A model generated the notes under the pieces. That model did not search any database, was not told the DNA's origin, and saw nothing but the letters and a program-made list of their open reading frames with translations. A stretch of DNA of 64,000 bases, from assembly GCA_965223345.1 (NCBI GenBank), contig CBDCWG010000012.1:128001-192000 (forward strand). Reading direction: 5' to 3'. A program made the translations under genes and the position numbers. Position 1 is the first letter of the stretch, and each line of letters starts with the position of its first letter. Positions 37,908-48,087 of this stretch are shown piece after piece. The stretch is from Nitrospinales bacterium. Lineage in GTDB: Bacteria > Nitrospinota > Nitrospinia > Nitrospinales > VA-1.

Positions 37908-39392
37908 TCACGCCTTTTCGATCGCCTGCAGCAGCGCATCCCGCATGGCCTGAACGGGCGCTTTCTTTCCCGTCCACAGTTCGAACTGATCCACCGCCTG
38001 GTTGATGAACAGCTCCACGCCGGAGATCACGGTGCAGCCCTGCGCCCGCGCCTCGCGGATCAGCCGGGTTTCGGGCGGGTTGTAAACCGAGTCGAACACC
38101 ACGGTTTTAGGATCGAGATTGCGGGTCGGAAACGGGGTTTCCTCGACGTTGGGGTGCATGCCCACCGGCGAGCAGTTGATGAGCACGTCTTTTGGCAGGT
38201 CGCGCGCGTCGTCCACCGGCACGCACTGGCATCCCAGGGCGGCGGCCAGTTCCTGCCCGCGCCGCTTGTTGCTCTTGTAGGTGACGGTGAGCTGCGCGCC
38301 GCGCTGCATGACGCCGTAGCCGATGGCCTTGGCCGTGCCGCCGGAGCCGATGATCAGCACGTTTTTGCCGTTGAGGTCGATGTGCGCTTCCAGCGCCCGC
38401 ATGGCGCCGCTCACGTCGGTGTTGTGCCCCACCCATTCGCCGCCCTGCCGCACCACGGTGTTGACGGCGCCGATTCTGGCGGCGGTGTCCTCGATGCGGT
38501 CGAGCAGCGGCATCACCGCTTCCTTGTGCGGCATGGTGACGCTGAGGCCGGAAAAAAAATCGCGAAACGCGTCGAAAAACACTTCCAGTTCCTTCACCAG
38601 AAACGAAACGTAGATGTCGTTGGATCCGATTTGCTGAAACGCGCGGTTGTGGATGCGGTAGCCCATGCTCTTGGAGACGGGATCGCCGATCACGCCGTAC
38701 ACCTTGAACGCCTCGCGCGGACCGTCGGCGCGGTAAATGCGCTTGAGCGCCGATGCGGGAATCTGGCCGGGCGCGCTCTCGCGGCCGGTGTCGAGCGACC
38801 CGAAGGTGAGAAAGCCGCCCAATAGCGGCGACAGCACGCGGCTGATCTCGCCCTTCTCGCCCATGCACAGGGCGATCAGGGGGCGGTTCTCCCGCTGCGC
38901 CCGCTTCAGCAGTTCGAATACTTTCAGATTGTCGCGGATGTCCTGGGCGTAGGTGGCGATCTTGAGTATGTCGCCGGGCAGTTCGCACATGATCTCATAC
39001 AGCGGCGCGAGATCGTCCATGGTGTTGGTGAAGTTGTGGTAGGACAGGATGACCTTCGTGTTCCCTTTGTTTTCCAGCACCGATTTCAGCAGTTCCCGGG
39101 GCGTCGAGGTCTCGATGTCGATGTAGTCCGCACCCGCCGCGATGGCCTGGCGCAGGCTTTCGATGCGCTCGGGTTCGGTGCCCTTGAACTGGCCGCCTTC
39201 CAGCTTGGAGCGGTTGGTGACGATGACCGGCCGCGACACGGTGTCGAGCAGTGCGTTGAGATCGAATTTGTGGATGAGGTCGAGGCGTAGCTCGACGATG
39301 TCGGCGATGGATTCCGCCTGGGTGATGTCGGCCAGCGCCTTGGACATGGAGGGGCCGATGATGGGAACGCAGATCATGAAACTGGGTGTCAC
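37908..39392 (-). CDS. aroDE: Bifunctional type I 3-dehydroquinate dehydratase / shikimate dehydrogenase (AroD-AroE)
   Basis: ELRLD, ILSYHNF and SAPGQ (type I DHQase); SVTMPHKE, GAVNT, NTD and IIGSGGTA (AroE). Confidence 0.92.
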   Translation of the reverse strand: MTPSFMICVPIIGPSMSKALADITQAESIADIVELRLDLIHKFDLNALLDTVSRPVIVTNRSKLEGGQFKGTEPERIESLRQAIAAGADYIDIETSTPRELLKSVLENKGNTKVILSYHNFTNTMDDLAPLYEIMCELPGDILKIATYAQDIRDNLKVFELLKRAQRENRPLIALCMGEKGEISRVLSPLLGGFLTFGSLDTGRESAPGQIPASALKRIYRADGPREAFKVYGVIGDPVSKSMGYRIHNRAFQQIGSNDIYVSFLVKELEVFFDAFRDFFSGLSVTMPHKEAVMPLLDRIEDTAARIGAVNTVVRQGGEWVGHNTDVSGAMRALEAHIDLNGKNVLIIGSGGTAKAIGYGVMQRGAQLTVTYKSNKRRGQELAAALGCQCVPVDDARDLPKDVLINCSPVGMHPNVEETPFPTRNLDPKTVVFDSVYNPPETRLIREARAQGCTVISGVELFINQAVDQFELWTGKKAPVQAMRDALLQAIEKA

Positions 39393-39466
39393 TTTCTCAA
39401 ATGGCAGACAACAACCGCTTTGGCCCCGGCCGCGCCGCCTGGAAACATGCGGGAAACTGGATCAAT

Positions 39467-41395
39467 CTATTCCGCTTTGCCCTCTTTGTCAATTTGTTCG
39501 GAGTTTTCCAGGCGCTTCGGTCCGCCCAGGTTTTCCGCTTCCTCCGGCTTGTCGATGGCCTTGAGCATGAGCCGCATGGCGCGGCGGGCCTGCATGTCTT
39601 TAGGGCGCAGGCGCACGGCGGCCTTGAACGATTCCAGCGCGTCGTGGATTTTGCCCTGCTCGGAATAATGCACGCCGAGGTTGTAATGGGCGTTGGCGTA
39701 CTCCGGGTCGATGGCGATGGCGGTGCGAAAGGCTTCGATGGCGGCGTCGGTTTTCTGCATGAGGCCGAGCACGTTGCCCAGGTTGTTGTAGGCGCGGGCG
39801 TACTCCGGGTTGAGCGCCAGCGCCTGACGGTAGGCGGCGGCCGCTTCGGCAAGCCGGCCGCGCTTGCGCAGGGCGTTGCCCAGGTTGAAGTGCGCCTTGA
39901 TGTGATCGGGCTTGAGCGCGATCGCCGCGCGGTAGCGGTGGATCGATTCTTCGGTGTTTCTGCCCTGCCTGTCCAGCTCGGTGCCGAGGTTGTAGTGCGC
40001 CATCCAGGAAGACGGGTTTTTCGCCAGCGTGTCGCGCCACAGGGTTTCCAGATCCTTATAGATGCGGCTCTGATTGTAGGTGAGCACGGCGAGCCCACAG
40101 GCAAGAAGCGACAGCACGGCGTTGCGCAATGGCCAGGCGCGAGCGCGGAGCGTTGCGGGCAGGCGCTGCGCCAGCGCGGCGAACAGCGCCAGCGGACCGA
40201 TGCTCGCCAGATACTGAAAGTGATCGGCCACGAAGGAAAAGCGCATCGGGTACACGTTGACGAATCCCAATGCGGGAGTCAGCGTTCCCGCAAAAAACAG
40301 CAGCGCCACCAGCGGCCCCTTGCCCAGTGCGGCGCGGCGCGCCCACAAATAAAAAAGCAGCGCCAGGAACGCCACCGGAAACAGGTATTGCCAGGCCGCA
40401 CCCGCATCGATGTCCCAGCGCGGGTAGGTGAAGATCAACGGAAACGGCCAGAGCAGTTTGTAGAGGTAAAACCACAGCGCGCGCCCGGCGATGAGGATGC
40501 GGTCCAGCGCGGAAAGATCCCACTCGTAGCCCAACGCCCCCACATGAAAGCGCTCCATCCAGCCGGTGATGAACGCCATGCCGAGGCCGGCGACGAAGAA
40601 CGGATAGGTGAGAAAGGTGCTGCGCCAGCTCAGCCGGTCTTTCTTCCACCAGAGCAGCAGCACGATCACCGCAGGCAGGGTGCAGGTGACGGTCTTGCTC
40701 CACAGCGCGCCCATGAACAGCACCCAGGACAGGCCATACAGCCCCCAGCGGGGCGAGGCGGACGATTCGGGGTCGGCGGCGTTGGGATCGGTGTCGTCGA
40801 GGCCGGCGAAACGCAGGTACATCCACAGCGAGGACAGATAGAACAGGCCCGAGAGCACGTTCTTGCGTTCGGTGATCCAGGCGACCGATTCGACGTGCAC
40901 GGGATGCACCGCAAACAGCACCGCCGCCCAGGCCGCGCCGGGGACGGACAGGGCCCGGAGCACGCGCCACAGCAGAAACGCATTGCAAAGATGCAGAACG
41001 ACGTTGACGATGTGATAACCCATCGGCGTCGTTTCCCAGAGGCGGTACTCGATCCAGAACGTGGTGAAGGTCAGCGGGTAATACTGCGGCGTCGCGCCGA
41101 ATTCCGTCCACATCTTCCACAGTCCGGGCAGGGTCTTGAGGTGCTCGTTCAACGTGATGTAGGCGTCGTCGTCCCAGATGAAACCGCCGCGGATGGCGGG
41201 CAGGTAGGCGAGGGCGGTGACGAGCAGGAAAAAAATCAGGAGCCCGGATTTGCGGTCGCGGAGGATGGCGTTCAAGGTGTCATTCCAAGAAGGTGGAACG
41301 GTGCGAGACAGAGCGGGGAACGCTCGGTCTTTTGTATCGCAATTGCCGCGCGGTTGCAACGCGGAGCCCGGATGAGGGAACCGGCGGCTTCGCAA
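39467..41395 (-). CDS. Membrane TPR protein (TMTC-like putative glycosyltransferase)
   Basis: FIWDD, YYPL, HPVHVESVAWITERK, ADHFQY and C-terminal TPRs; true start probably downstream of 41395. Confidence 0.85.
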   Translation of the reverse strand: MRSRRFPHPGSALQPRGNCDTKDRAFPALSRTVPPSWNDTLNAILRDRKSGLLIFFLLVTALAYLPAIRGGFIWDDDAYITLNEHLKTLPGLWKMWTEFGATPQYYPLTFTTFWIEYRLWETTPMGYHIVNVVLHLCNAFLLWRVLRALSVPGAAWAAVLFAVHPVHVESVAWITERKNVLSGLFYLSSLWMYLRFAGLDDTDPNAADPESSASPRWGLYGLSWVLFMGALWSKTVTCTLPAVIVLLLWWKKDRLSWRSTFLTYPFFVAGLGMAFITGWMERFHVGALGYEWDLSALDRILIAGRALWFYLYKLLWPFPLIFTYPRWDIDAGAAWQYLFPVAFLALLFYLWARRAALGKGPLVALLFFAGTLTPALGFVNVYPMRFSFVADHFQYLASIGPLALFAALAQRLPATLRARAWPLRNAVLSLLACGLAVLTYNQSRIYKDLETLWRDTLAKNPSSWMAHYNLGTELDRQGRNTEESIHRYRAAIALKPDHIKAHFNLGNALRKRGRLAEAAAAYRQALALNPEYARAYNNLGNVLGLMQKTDAAIEAFRTAIAIDPEYANAHYNLGVHYSEQGKIHDALESFKAAVRLRPKDMQARRAMRLMLKAIDKPEEAENLGGPKRLENSEQIDKEGKAE

Positions 41396-41488
41396 AAATA
41401 AAAGCAGTTATTTCAATCACTCAGCCCACCTCATTTTACCCGAAGTTTTTTCTACTTTTAAGATTTCCTGAATATTTGCGAAAAAAAC

Positions 41489-41539
41489 TTGACATAGTGT
41501 AGCAACAACACTATCTTGAAAGTGTAAATAAGACACTAA
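41489..41539 (+). promoter_or_regulatory. Sigma-70 promoter overlapped by two NrtR operator boxes
   Basis: TTGACA(41489-41494)-N17-TATCTT(41512-41517); ATAGTGT-N7-ACACTAT (41494-41514) and AAAGTGT-N7-ACACTAA (41519-41539) fit the NrtR GT-N7-AC core. Confidence 0.85.
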
Positions 41540-41551
41540 CTGGAGCGCATC

Positions 41552-42217
41552 ATGTATCGATACGACCATCCCCATCCGGCAGTGACCACCGACATCGCGA
41601 TTTTTACTGTGCGCGATGAGCAGTTGCAACTGTTGCTGATCAAACGCCGGGGAGAACCCTTTAAAGGGAAATGGGCGCTTCCGGGTGGTTTTGTGCAGAT
41701 CGATGAGGATTTGGAAGAAGCCGCAAAACGCGAATTGAGGGAGGAGACCGGTGTTTCGGGCATCTACCTGGAGCAGCTCTATACGTTTGGCGCCGTTCAA
41801 CGCGACCCGAGAGAACGGGTGATCACGGTTGCCTATTTTGCATTGATTCCATCAGAAAAACTGGAACTCCGCCCCGCCACGGACGCGGATGCCGTGGGCT
41901 GGTTTGCGATGAATGCACTGCCCGAACTCGCTTTCGACCACACGGACATCGTTGACAAGGCCTATGAAAGATTGCTCGCCAAACTGAGTTACTCGACGAT
42001 CGCATTTCAGTTCATGCCGAAAAAGTTCACGTTGAGCGAGCTGCAGGAAGTCTACGAAACCATCCTGCAGGAAAAAGTAGACAAGAGGAACTTTCGCAAA
42101 TCGATTCTGGCTCTGGATGCAATCGTTGAAACCGGAAAAGAAAAAAGAGACGGAGCCCACCGGCCCGCCAAATTGTACCGGCTGAAAAACCCGAAGAAAG
42201 TTGAATTTACCAAATAA
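41552..42217 (+). CDS. nrtR: NrtR Nudix-related transcriptional repressor
   Basis: Nudix box WALPGGF…AAKRELREETG, RDPRERV, wHTH with FTLSELQEVYE, DKRNFRK and HRPAKLY. Confidence 0.92.
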   Translation: MYRYDHPHPAVTTDIAIFTVRDEQLQLLLIKRRGEPFKGKWALPGGFVQIDEDLEEAAKRELREETGVSGIYLEQLYTFGAVQRDPRERVITVAYFALIPSEKLELRPATDADAVGWFAMNALPELAFDHTDIVDKAYERLLAKLSYSTIAFQFMPKKFTLSELQEVYETILQEKVDKRNFRKSILALDAIVETGKEKRDGAHRPAKLYRLKNPKKVEFTK

Positions 42218-42235
42218 ACACTGAGGAGTAAAACA

Positions 42236-43117
42236 ATGATCCGATACTACAAAGGTGAACCCAACAGCTACGTTATCTTGTATCAGCATGGTCAGATCAT
42301 AGAGCAGGGCCCGGGTTTGGCGTTCTGGTACACGCCCTACAACAAAACCGTAGCAGCGGTACCCATTGGCACTCAGGACGCTCCATTCGTCTTCAAGGAG
42401 ATGACGGCAAACTTTCAGGAGGTTGCGGTGCAGGGACAGGTGACCTACCGATTCGATGACCCCTTGTTCACGGCCAGGCATCTGGATTTTACAGTCGAAA
42501 CGAAAACACATCGTTACCGGCACGAAGATCCAGAGAAACTGGCGCAGCGGATCATCAACACCGTGCAGGCCTGCACGCGGACCTACGTCAACGAGTTGGA
42601 TCTGGAAGACGCGATTCGCGATGTCAAATTGATCACCGCCAGCGTGCTGGAGAGTATTCGCAAAGAAGAAGATTTAAAAGCATTGGGGATCGTCATTGAA
42701 AGTCTGCATATCAGCGGCATCAAGCCGAACCCGGACATGCAAAAAGCCCTGGAAGCGGATTACCGGGAAGGGCTGCAAAAGCGTGCGGACAAAGCCATCT
42801 ACGAGCGCAGGGCGGCGGCGCAGGAAGAGGAAGACAATCTGAAGCGCAAGGAGATGGAAACCGAAGTGCAACTGGAAGCGCGGCGCGAGAACCTGGTGGA
42901 AAAGCAGGCCAGGAATCATTTGACGCTGGCCGAAGCGGAGGCCAAGGGCGACGAGATGAAACTCAACCCTTACGGAACGATGACGCCGCAGGCCTTGATG
43001 GCGCTGGCCTTCAAGGATTGGGCGGCCAAGGGCGGCAACGTCAACCAGTTGAACGTCAACCCGGACCTTCTCAATGAGTTGCTGAAGATGTTCGGCGCTG
43101 CAAAAACCAGGGCATGA
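42236..43117 (+). CDS. SPFH/Band 7 domain protein (NrtX-like)
   Basis: TANFQEVAVQGQVTYR, C-terminal coiled coil; position after nrtR. Confidence 0.75.
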   Translation: MIRYYKGEPNSYVILYQHGQIIEQGPGLAFWYTPYNKTVAAVPIGTQDAPFVFKEMTANFQEVAVQGQVTYRFDDPLFTARHLDFTVETKTHRYRHEDPEKLAQRIINTVQACTRTYVNELDLEDAIRDVKLITASVLESIRKEEDLKALGIVIESLHISGIKPNPDMQKALEADYREGLQKRADKAIYERRAAAQEEEDNLKRKEMETEVQLEARRENLVEKQARNHLTLAEAEAKGDEMKLNPYGTMTPQALMALAFKDWAAKGGNVNQLNVNPDLLNELLKMFGAAKTRA

Positions 43118-43126
43118 GGCGGCATC

Positions 43127-44065
43127 ATGGCGGCCACATTTGAAAAAGCGGTGATCGTGACGCGTAAAACGGTGCTGGAAGAACTGGTTGAGCGATTCAA
43201 TACGGTTCCGCAGGCGCGTTTTTATCTGGAGCATGCCGGGCAGGATTTTGCCTCCATCCAGATGGCGCATGAACAGTACCAGGACGTGCTGTCAAACCTG
43301 CGCGGGAAAATACCGAAAGGTTTGAAGCAACAGATCATCGAAAGGGAAGTGCTGCCGCAGTTCATGTTCGATGAGCGCGATCTGGTCATCACCGTTGGCA
43401 TCGACGGCCTGGTTGTGAATACGGCCAAGTATTTAACGGAACAGCCCCTGCTCGCCGTCAATCCCGACCCGAAAACCATCGACGGCGTGCTGCTGCCGTT
43501 TACGGTAAAAAGCTTTTACAGGATCATTCCCAAAGTCGTGGCGGGCGAGTTCAAAGTGAAGACTATAACAATGGCAGAAGCGAAACTGACGGACGGCCAA
43601 ACTCAAATTGGTTTTAATGATCTGTTCATCGGCGCACAAAGCCACGTGTCCGCCAAATATCACATCCAGCAGGGCAAACAAGGTGAAGAGCAATCTTCCA
43701 GCGGATTGATCGTTTCAACGGGCGCGGGTTCCAGCGGATGGTTGCAATCCGTCTACGCAGGGGCGGCAGGGGTGATCACGGCGCTCGGTGGAACGGTAAC
43801 ACCTCAGAGGAAAAACGGGCAGTTCGAATGGGATTCCAATAAACTGGTGTATGCCGTGAGGGAGCCGTTCCCAAGCAGAACGAGTGCAACGAATATGGTT
43901 TACGGAATCATAACACCCGATAACCCCTTGCACCTCACCTCCCGAATGTCCGAGAACGGCGTTATCTTCAGCGATGGCGTTGAAAAGGATTATGTCGCTT
44001 TCAATGCAGGTGTGACCGCGACGATCGGCATCGCGGATCGCAAGACGAATCTGATCATTCATTGA
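43127..44065 (+). CDS. PpnK-type NAD-kinase-like protein (NrtY-like)
   Basis: VGIDGLV, FNDLFIG, SSGLIVSTGAGSSGW. Confidence 0.78.
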   Translation: MAATFEKAVIVTRKTVLEELVERFNTVPQARFYLEHAGQDFASIQMAHEQYQDVLSNLRGKIPKGLKQQIIEREVLPQFMFDERDLVITVGIDGLVVNTAKYLTEQPLLAVNPDPKTIDGVLLPFTVKSFYRIIPKVVAGEFKVKTITMAEAKLTDGQTQIGFNDLFIGAQSHVSAKYHIQQGKQGEEQSSSGLIVSTGAGSSGWLQSVYAGAAGVITALGGTVTPQRKNGQFEWDSNKLVYAVREPFPSRTSATNMVYGIITPDNPLHLTSRMSENGVIFSDGVEKDYVAFNAGVTATIGIADRKTNLIIH

Positions 44066-44078
44066 GAACCAGAAAACT

Positions 44079-44264
44079 TCAGGCCCTTGTTTTTTTCGTC
44101 CCCGATGCGGCTTCGGCCTGCTGGCGCGCTTCGGCGGACAGCGTGACCCGGTCCACCTGCCCCTGAACGCTTTTGACCGGAACTTTTTTATTTAGCTCGG
44201 CGATGCGCGTCTGGTTCTGGTACACCTTGGAGATTTTTTCCAATCGAACTATTGAAAGGTCCAT
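44079..44264 (-). CDS. Small flagellar-associated protein (FlgM-like DRVTLS motif)
   Basis: 61 aa, DRVTLSAEARQ; downstream of the FlgN-like gene. Confidence 0.5.
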   Translation of the reverse strand: MDLSIVRLEKISKVYQNQTRIAELNKKVPVKSVQGQVDRVTLSAEARQQAEAASGTKKTRA

Positions 44265-44282
44265 CGTTCACTCTCGTGTGAT

Positions 44283-44759
44283 TCAAACGCTTTTGGAGAT
44301 TTTGGATTTGACCCGCTTCTCACTCGCATACCCCTTCAGCATGGTTTTGCCTTTCTTGACATCGAGCAGCTGATCCTTGACGAGGAACTTGCGCGCTTTG
44401 AGCTCCACCTGACAGTGGTCCTCCATCTTCACGATGCTCGTCAGAATTTCTTCCACTTCGCGGCGCAGCCCTTCGTTGGCGCGCGCCACCCGGCCCAGCT
44501 CGTCTGGCTTGAGCCCCAGCACGATCGTTTCCATGCGGCTTTCGACGCTCTGCGCCGATTGCAGCAGCACCTGCTTTTCTTCGATCAGCCCCTGCAGGCG
44601 CTTCTCGTCTTCAAGCTGGATGACAGCCACCTGCTCTTCCAGTTTGGCGAGCAACTTCTGGTAACAATCCTTCTCCTCCTGCAAACATTTTTCGATGACC
44701 GCTGCCGGATCGTCTGGATTCACGCTGGTCTCCTTTTGTTGGGCACCCCATGGTTGCAC
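44283..44759 (-). CDS. FlgN-like flagellar export chaperone
   Basis: Helical LQEEKDCYQKLL…LIEEKQVLL pattern; follows fliD; start uncertain. Confidence 0.6.
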   Translation of the reverse strand: MQPWGAQQKETSVNPDDPAAVIEKCLQEEKDCYQKLLAKLEEQVAVIQLEDEKRLQGLIEEKQVLLQSAQSVESRMETIVLGLKPDELGRVARANEGLRREVEEILTSIVKMEDHCQVELKARKFLVKDQLLDVKKGKTMLKGYASEKRVKSKISKSV

Positions 44760-44793
44760 GCGTCTGCTTTTTGCCCGCCGTCCCGTGCGCTCA

Positions 44794-46602
44794 TCACACC
44801 ACCGCGATCAGATTGGAAACTTCGGCGGCGCGGGCGTTCTCGCTGAACGCACGCACGCTGCGGCTCACGTTGGGATCGGTCTGGGCGGACAGCTCTTTTT
44901 GCTTGAGAGCGATCGCGCCGCTGTCCGGATCTAAAATCTGTGACAGACTGTTTTCGAGTACGGGAAGGATACCGGTTTCGGAATTCTCGAACAAGTCCAA
45001 AACTTCCTTCGGGTTGACGGTCAGAGCGCGCTTGAGTTTCACGCTGTCCACAGCCAGCGTGTCGTCATCGAGCGTGCGGATGCCGATGGCGTCCAGGCGA
45101 TCGAGCAACGCGCGGCCGCTGCGTTCACTCAAACCATTGGCAGCGTCGTTCGGCGACTGCGCAAACGCCGTCAACGCCACTTCCGCGACATTGTTTTTTT
45201 CGCCGTTCGCAACGGCAAAGCCGGTCAGGCTCTGGTTTTCCCGATTGGCGCGCACGCGGTCGATGTCCTGGTTGCGCGCGTCGAGATCCTGGGTTTTCTC
45301 CTGCGCCGTTCCGGTCAACGCGGTGCGTATCTCTTTCACATCCGCATCGCCCTGAAAGGTTTTCGATCCGGCCAGCAGGTCGTTCACATTGCGCACCGCA
45401 CTGTTGAAACGGTCGAACAGCGTCTCGAGGCTCGCCGCGGTCTGCGAGGCTTCGAGCAGCACCTCGATCTGCACTTTTTGTCCGGAGGCGCGCTTGACGG
45501 TTAGCGTGGTGTCGTCGATGACGTCATCGAAGCTGTTGAAGTGGTTGGTCTGAGTTTTTCCTTCCACCTCGATGCGGGCGGTCTGCGGATTGCGGATCAG
45601 GTTGGCGGGCGGATTGCCGCTGTCGAACTGCGTTTCCTTCTGCACCGAAAGTCCCTTGCGGTCGCGTTCGAAAAACCCGAGGCCGAGCAGCACGTCGTCC
45701 TCGTCGCGCAGGTCGATGCGCGTGTCGCCGCCGGCGACGCTGGTGAGGGTGAGACGGTTTCCGGTGACGCTCGCGATCACGCGCGTCTCCAGGATGCCGC
45801 CATCGAGCCGGCCGTTGCCGTTCGCATCTTCGGCGCCGTCGAGCGTGCCGCTGCCATTGAGATCCTCGTCCACGAACAGCGAACCACCGAATTCGTTGCC
45901 GGCAACGCCGTAGCTTTCGAGCACGCCGTTGGCGTTCACGTCCTCGGGACCGTCCAGCGTGCCGTTCTTATTCCGGTCTTCGCCGAAATTGATCTTGTCG
46001 CGGATGGAAAACAGCGAGTCCCCCGCCTCGACGGTCACTTTGAATCCGTTGATGAAAAAACTTCCGGAAAGCCCGAGCGCGCTGTCCGCCTGTTCGTCGG
46101 ACACCAGCACCTCGCCCGCCGCAAGACGGGTGGGGGTCACATCGGTGCGGGACAACGGGGCGTTTTCGCCCGCCGTCGCCCGGATGCTGTCCGGATCGCT
46201 GGAACGCGCGCTTCGCAAGCTGAGCGCTCCCGGCGCGAGCAGCTCACCGACCTTATCTTTCAGCACCGCCAGAGAATCGGCGAGTTCGCCGAGCCGCGTG
46301 ATTTTGAGTTCGCGGAAGCGGGCGTTGGCGTCGATGTTTTGCGAAACGGATGCCTGGGTGGGCGATGGGGTGCGGATGGAAAGCAGGCGGATCGCATCGC
46401 GCGCGCGCAGCGAAGCGATGGGACCTGAGGATTGCAGTGCAGGGGCTTTTTTGTTTACGAAGAGGGCGTTGAACAACAGGTCGCTGCGGTTGGGAACCGG
46501 GTCCGGAAGCGCCGCCGCGGGTGCAGCGGTTTTGGCGGCACCGGCTGCGTTTCCCAACGCAAAACCGGGCAGGGATGAGTTTTGCAAACCCGCAAGTTGC
46601 AT
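44794..46602 (-). CDS. fliD: Flagellar filament cap protein FliD with inserted Ca-binding-like repeats
   Basis: SSDPDSIRATA, ARIEVEG…NSFDDVIDDTTLTVK, IGIRT…LAVDSVKLKRAL…PKEVLDLF. Confidence 0.75.
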   Translation of the reverse strand: MQLAGLQNSSLPGFALGNAAGAAKTAAPAAALPDPVPNRSDLLFNALFVNKKAPALQSSGPIASLRARDAIRLLSIRTPSPTQASVSQNIDANARFRELKITRLGELADSLAVLKDKVGELLAPGALSLRSARSSDPDSIRATAGENAPLSRTDVTPTRLAAGEVLVSDEQADSALGLSGSFFINGFKVTVEAGDSLFSIRDKINFGEDRNKNGTLDGPEDVNANGVLESYGVAGNEFGGSLFVDEDLNGSGTLDGAEDANGNGRLDGGILETRVIASVTGNRLTLTSVAGGDTRIDLRDEDDVLLGLGFFERDRKGLSVQKETQFDSGNPPANLIRNPQTARIEVEGKTQTNHFNSFDDVIDDTTLTVKRASGQKVQIEVLLEASQTAASLETLFDRFNSAVRNVNDLLAGSKTFQGDADVKEIRTALTGTAQEKTQDLDARNQDIDRVRANRENQSLTGFAVANGEKNNVAEVALTAFAQSPNDAANGLSERSGRALLDRLDAIGIRTLDDDTLAVDSVKLKRALTVNPKEVLDLFENSETGILPVLENSLSQILDPDSGAIALKQKELSAQTDPNVSRSVRAFSENARAAEVSNLIAVV

Positions 46603-46970
46603 GGTCTTATCGGCCGCTCGGCCGGCGTGGGAAACCTTTCAAGTGCCGGGGTGCGTCTGCCGATAAGAAAGCGTTCCAGCTCCTGGCTGGACAGGCACAA
46701 AAGCATTACGCCCGCCTCGCCGGCGTTGCGCGTGATAACTCGGCTGCGGTTTCCCCTGTTTGTGTGGGCAGCCCGGTTGGTTACCAGCAGGCTCCTTTTC
46801 AGGAACAACGGGGCTGATCCTTGCATCTTCCAGGAAGAGATGGGGGCGCCAACCTTTCCTTCTCTCCCGGAATGTTCACATCCTGCATTGTTTCGGTTTT
46901 AACCGTCTCCTCTAAGACGCGTTGACCTGTTAAGACCCGCTCGGCTCAGCGCTGGCGGGCGTGGCATTCT

Positions 46971-47748
46971 TCAGATCAAATCGTCGATATTCTGTCCCCG
47001 CTCCGTCTGCACGCTCGCAGGATCCGGCGCTTCGGCGCTTTCGTCGATCTGGCCGTCGCCGCTGGAGACGGTTTCCTCCGACCGGGTCTGCGGCTCCAGA
47101 CCGGTCGGCCCCGCCTGCACCACCCTCTGCGTTTCCACAGCCGGTTCGCGATCGCGCGCTTCCTGCGCGGCGCGGTCGCCTTGTTCACGCACGGTCTCAC
47201 TCACCTGCTGCGGTTCGATGCGCTCCTGATCGCGGGTCTCGAATTCGCGCAACGACTCCTGCGCGCCAGCCCGATCGTCTGCCCGCGACGCTTCGCTCTG
47301 AGCCGCTTCGCGCTGCACCTGTGCGGAGGCTGCGTTTTCCTGCGTCTCGATGCGGGTCTGCCGTTCCCGGCGGGACGCGTCTGCCGGTTCGACATCCACA
47401 GCGGCTTCTTCGAATCCGCGCACACCGCGCGCGTTGTCCTCTTCCAGATTCTCGATGACCTGGGCGGCGCCGCGTTCGTTTTCGTTGCGCTCCGCCGCTG
47501 AAACGCGGTTGCTGCGTGGACTGTCTTCGCTGCGGCCGGTGTCCTGCGTTTCGCGTTCGAGCAGAATCTGTTCTTCCGCGGTGCGGGTGCGCCGCGTCTC
47601 TTCACCCGCATCGGGTTCGCGGGTGCGGCCGGTTTCTTCGTTGTCCTGCGGTCTCTCCGCCGTTCCTTCGCCTGCATCCGGCCTGCGGCTCTGCAGGGGA
47701 TTGAGAAAATTCTGCGGATTGGCGGACGGTTCGCTCACCTGTGCCATG
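46971..47748 (-). CDS. Acidic, disordered hypothetical protein, probably sigma-28-controlled
   Basis: RBS ggaggagg; E/R/Q-rich; ends ERGQNIDDLI. Confidence 0.65.
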
Positions 47749-47961
47749 GATCGCTCCTCCTCCAAAAAGATTCGACAATCATCCGATGACCCACCCGATT
47801 TCTGCTTTTCCGCCTGCGTTAAAGTTTAAGCAATCGGGACCGTTAAGGTTATTAGGGTTTTTGTGCTCCGCCTTGATTTCAGTATAAAAGCTTTTGCGCC
47901 GAACGGGCGCTTTTTCAGCTCATTCTCCCTTTTTTCAAAAGGTTAGAGATCGGCGGTTTTC

Positions 47962-47988
47962 TTATCGGAGGAAATTTCGGAAACTTTA
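47962..47988 (-). promoter_or_regulatory. Sigma-28 (FliA) promoter
   Basis: Minus strand TAAAGTTT-N11-TCCGATAA, upstream of the 47748 gene and fliD. Confidence 0.75.
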
Positions 47989-48087
47989 GCCGAAATTCAT
48001 ATTAAATTTTAATAAATAGGGATTTTTTTGGCGGCAGGCCGGGCGTGCAGGCGGTGAAAACCAAAAGATGCCTTTGAAATCGGTGTC

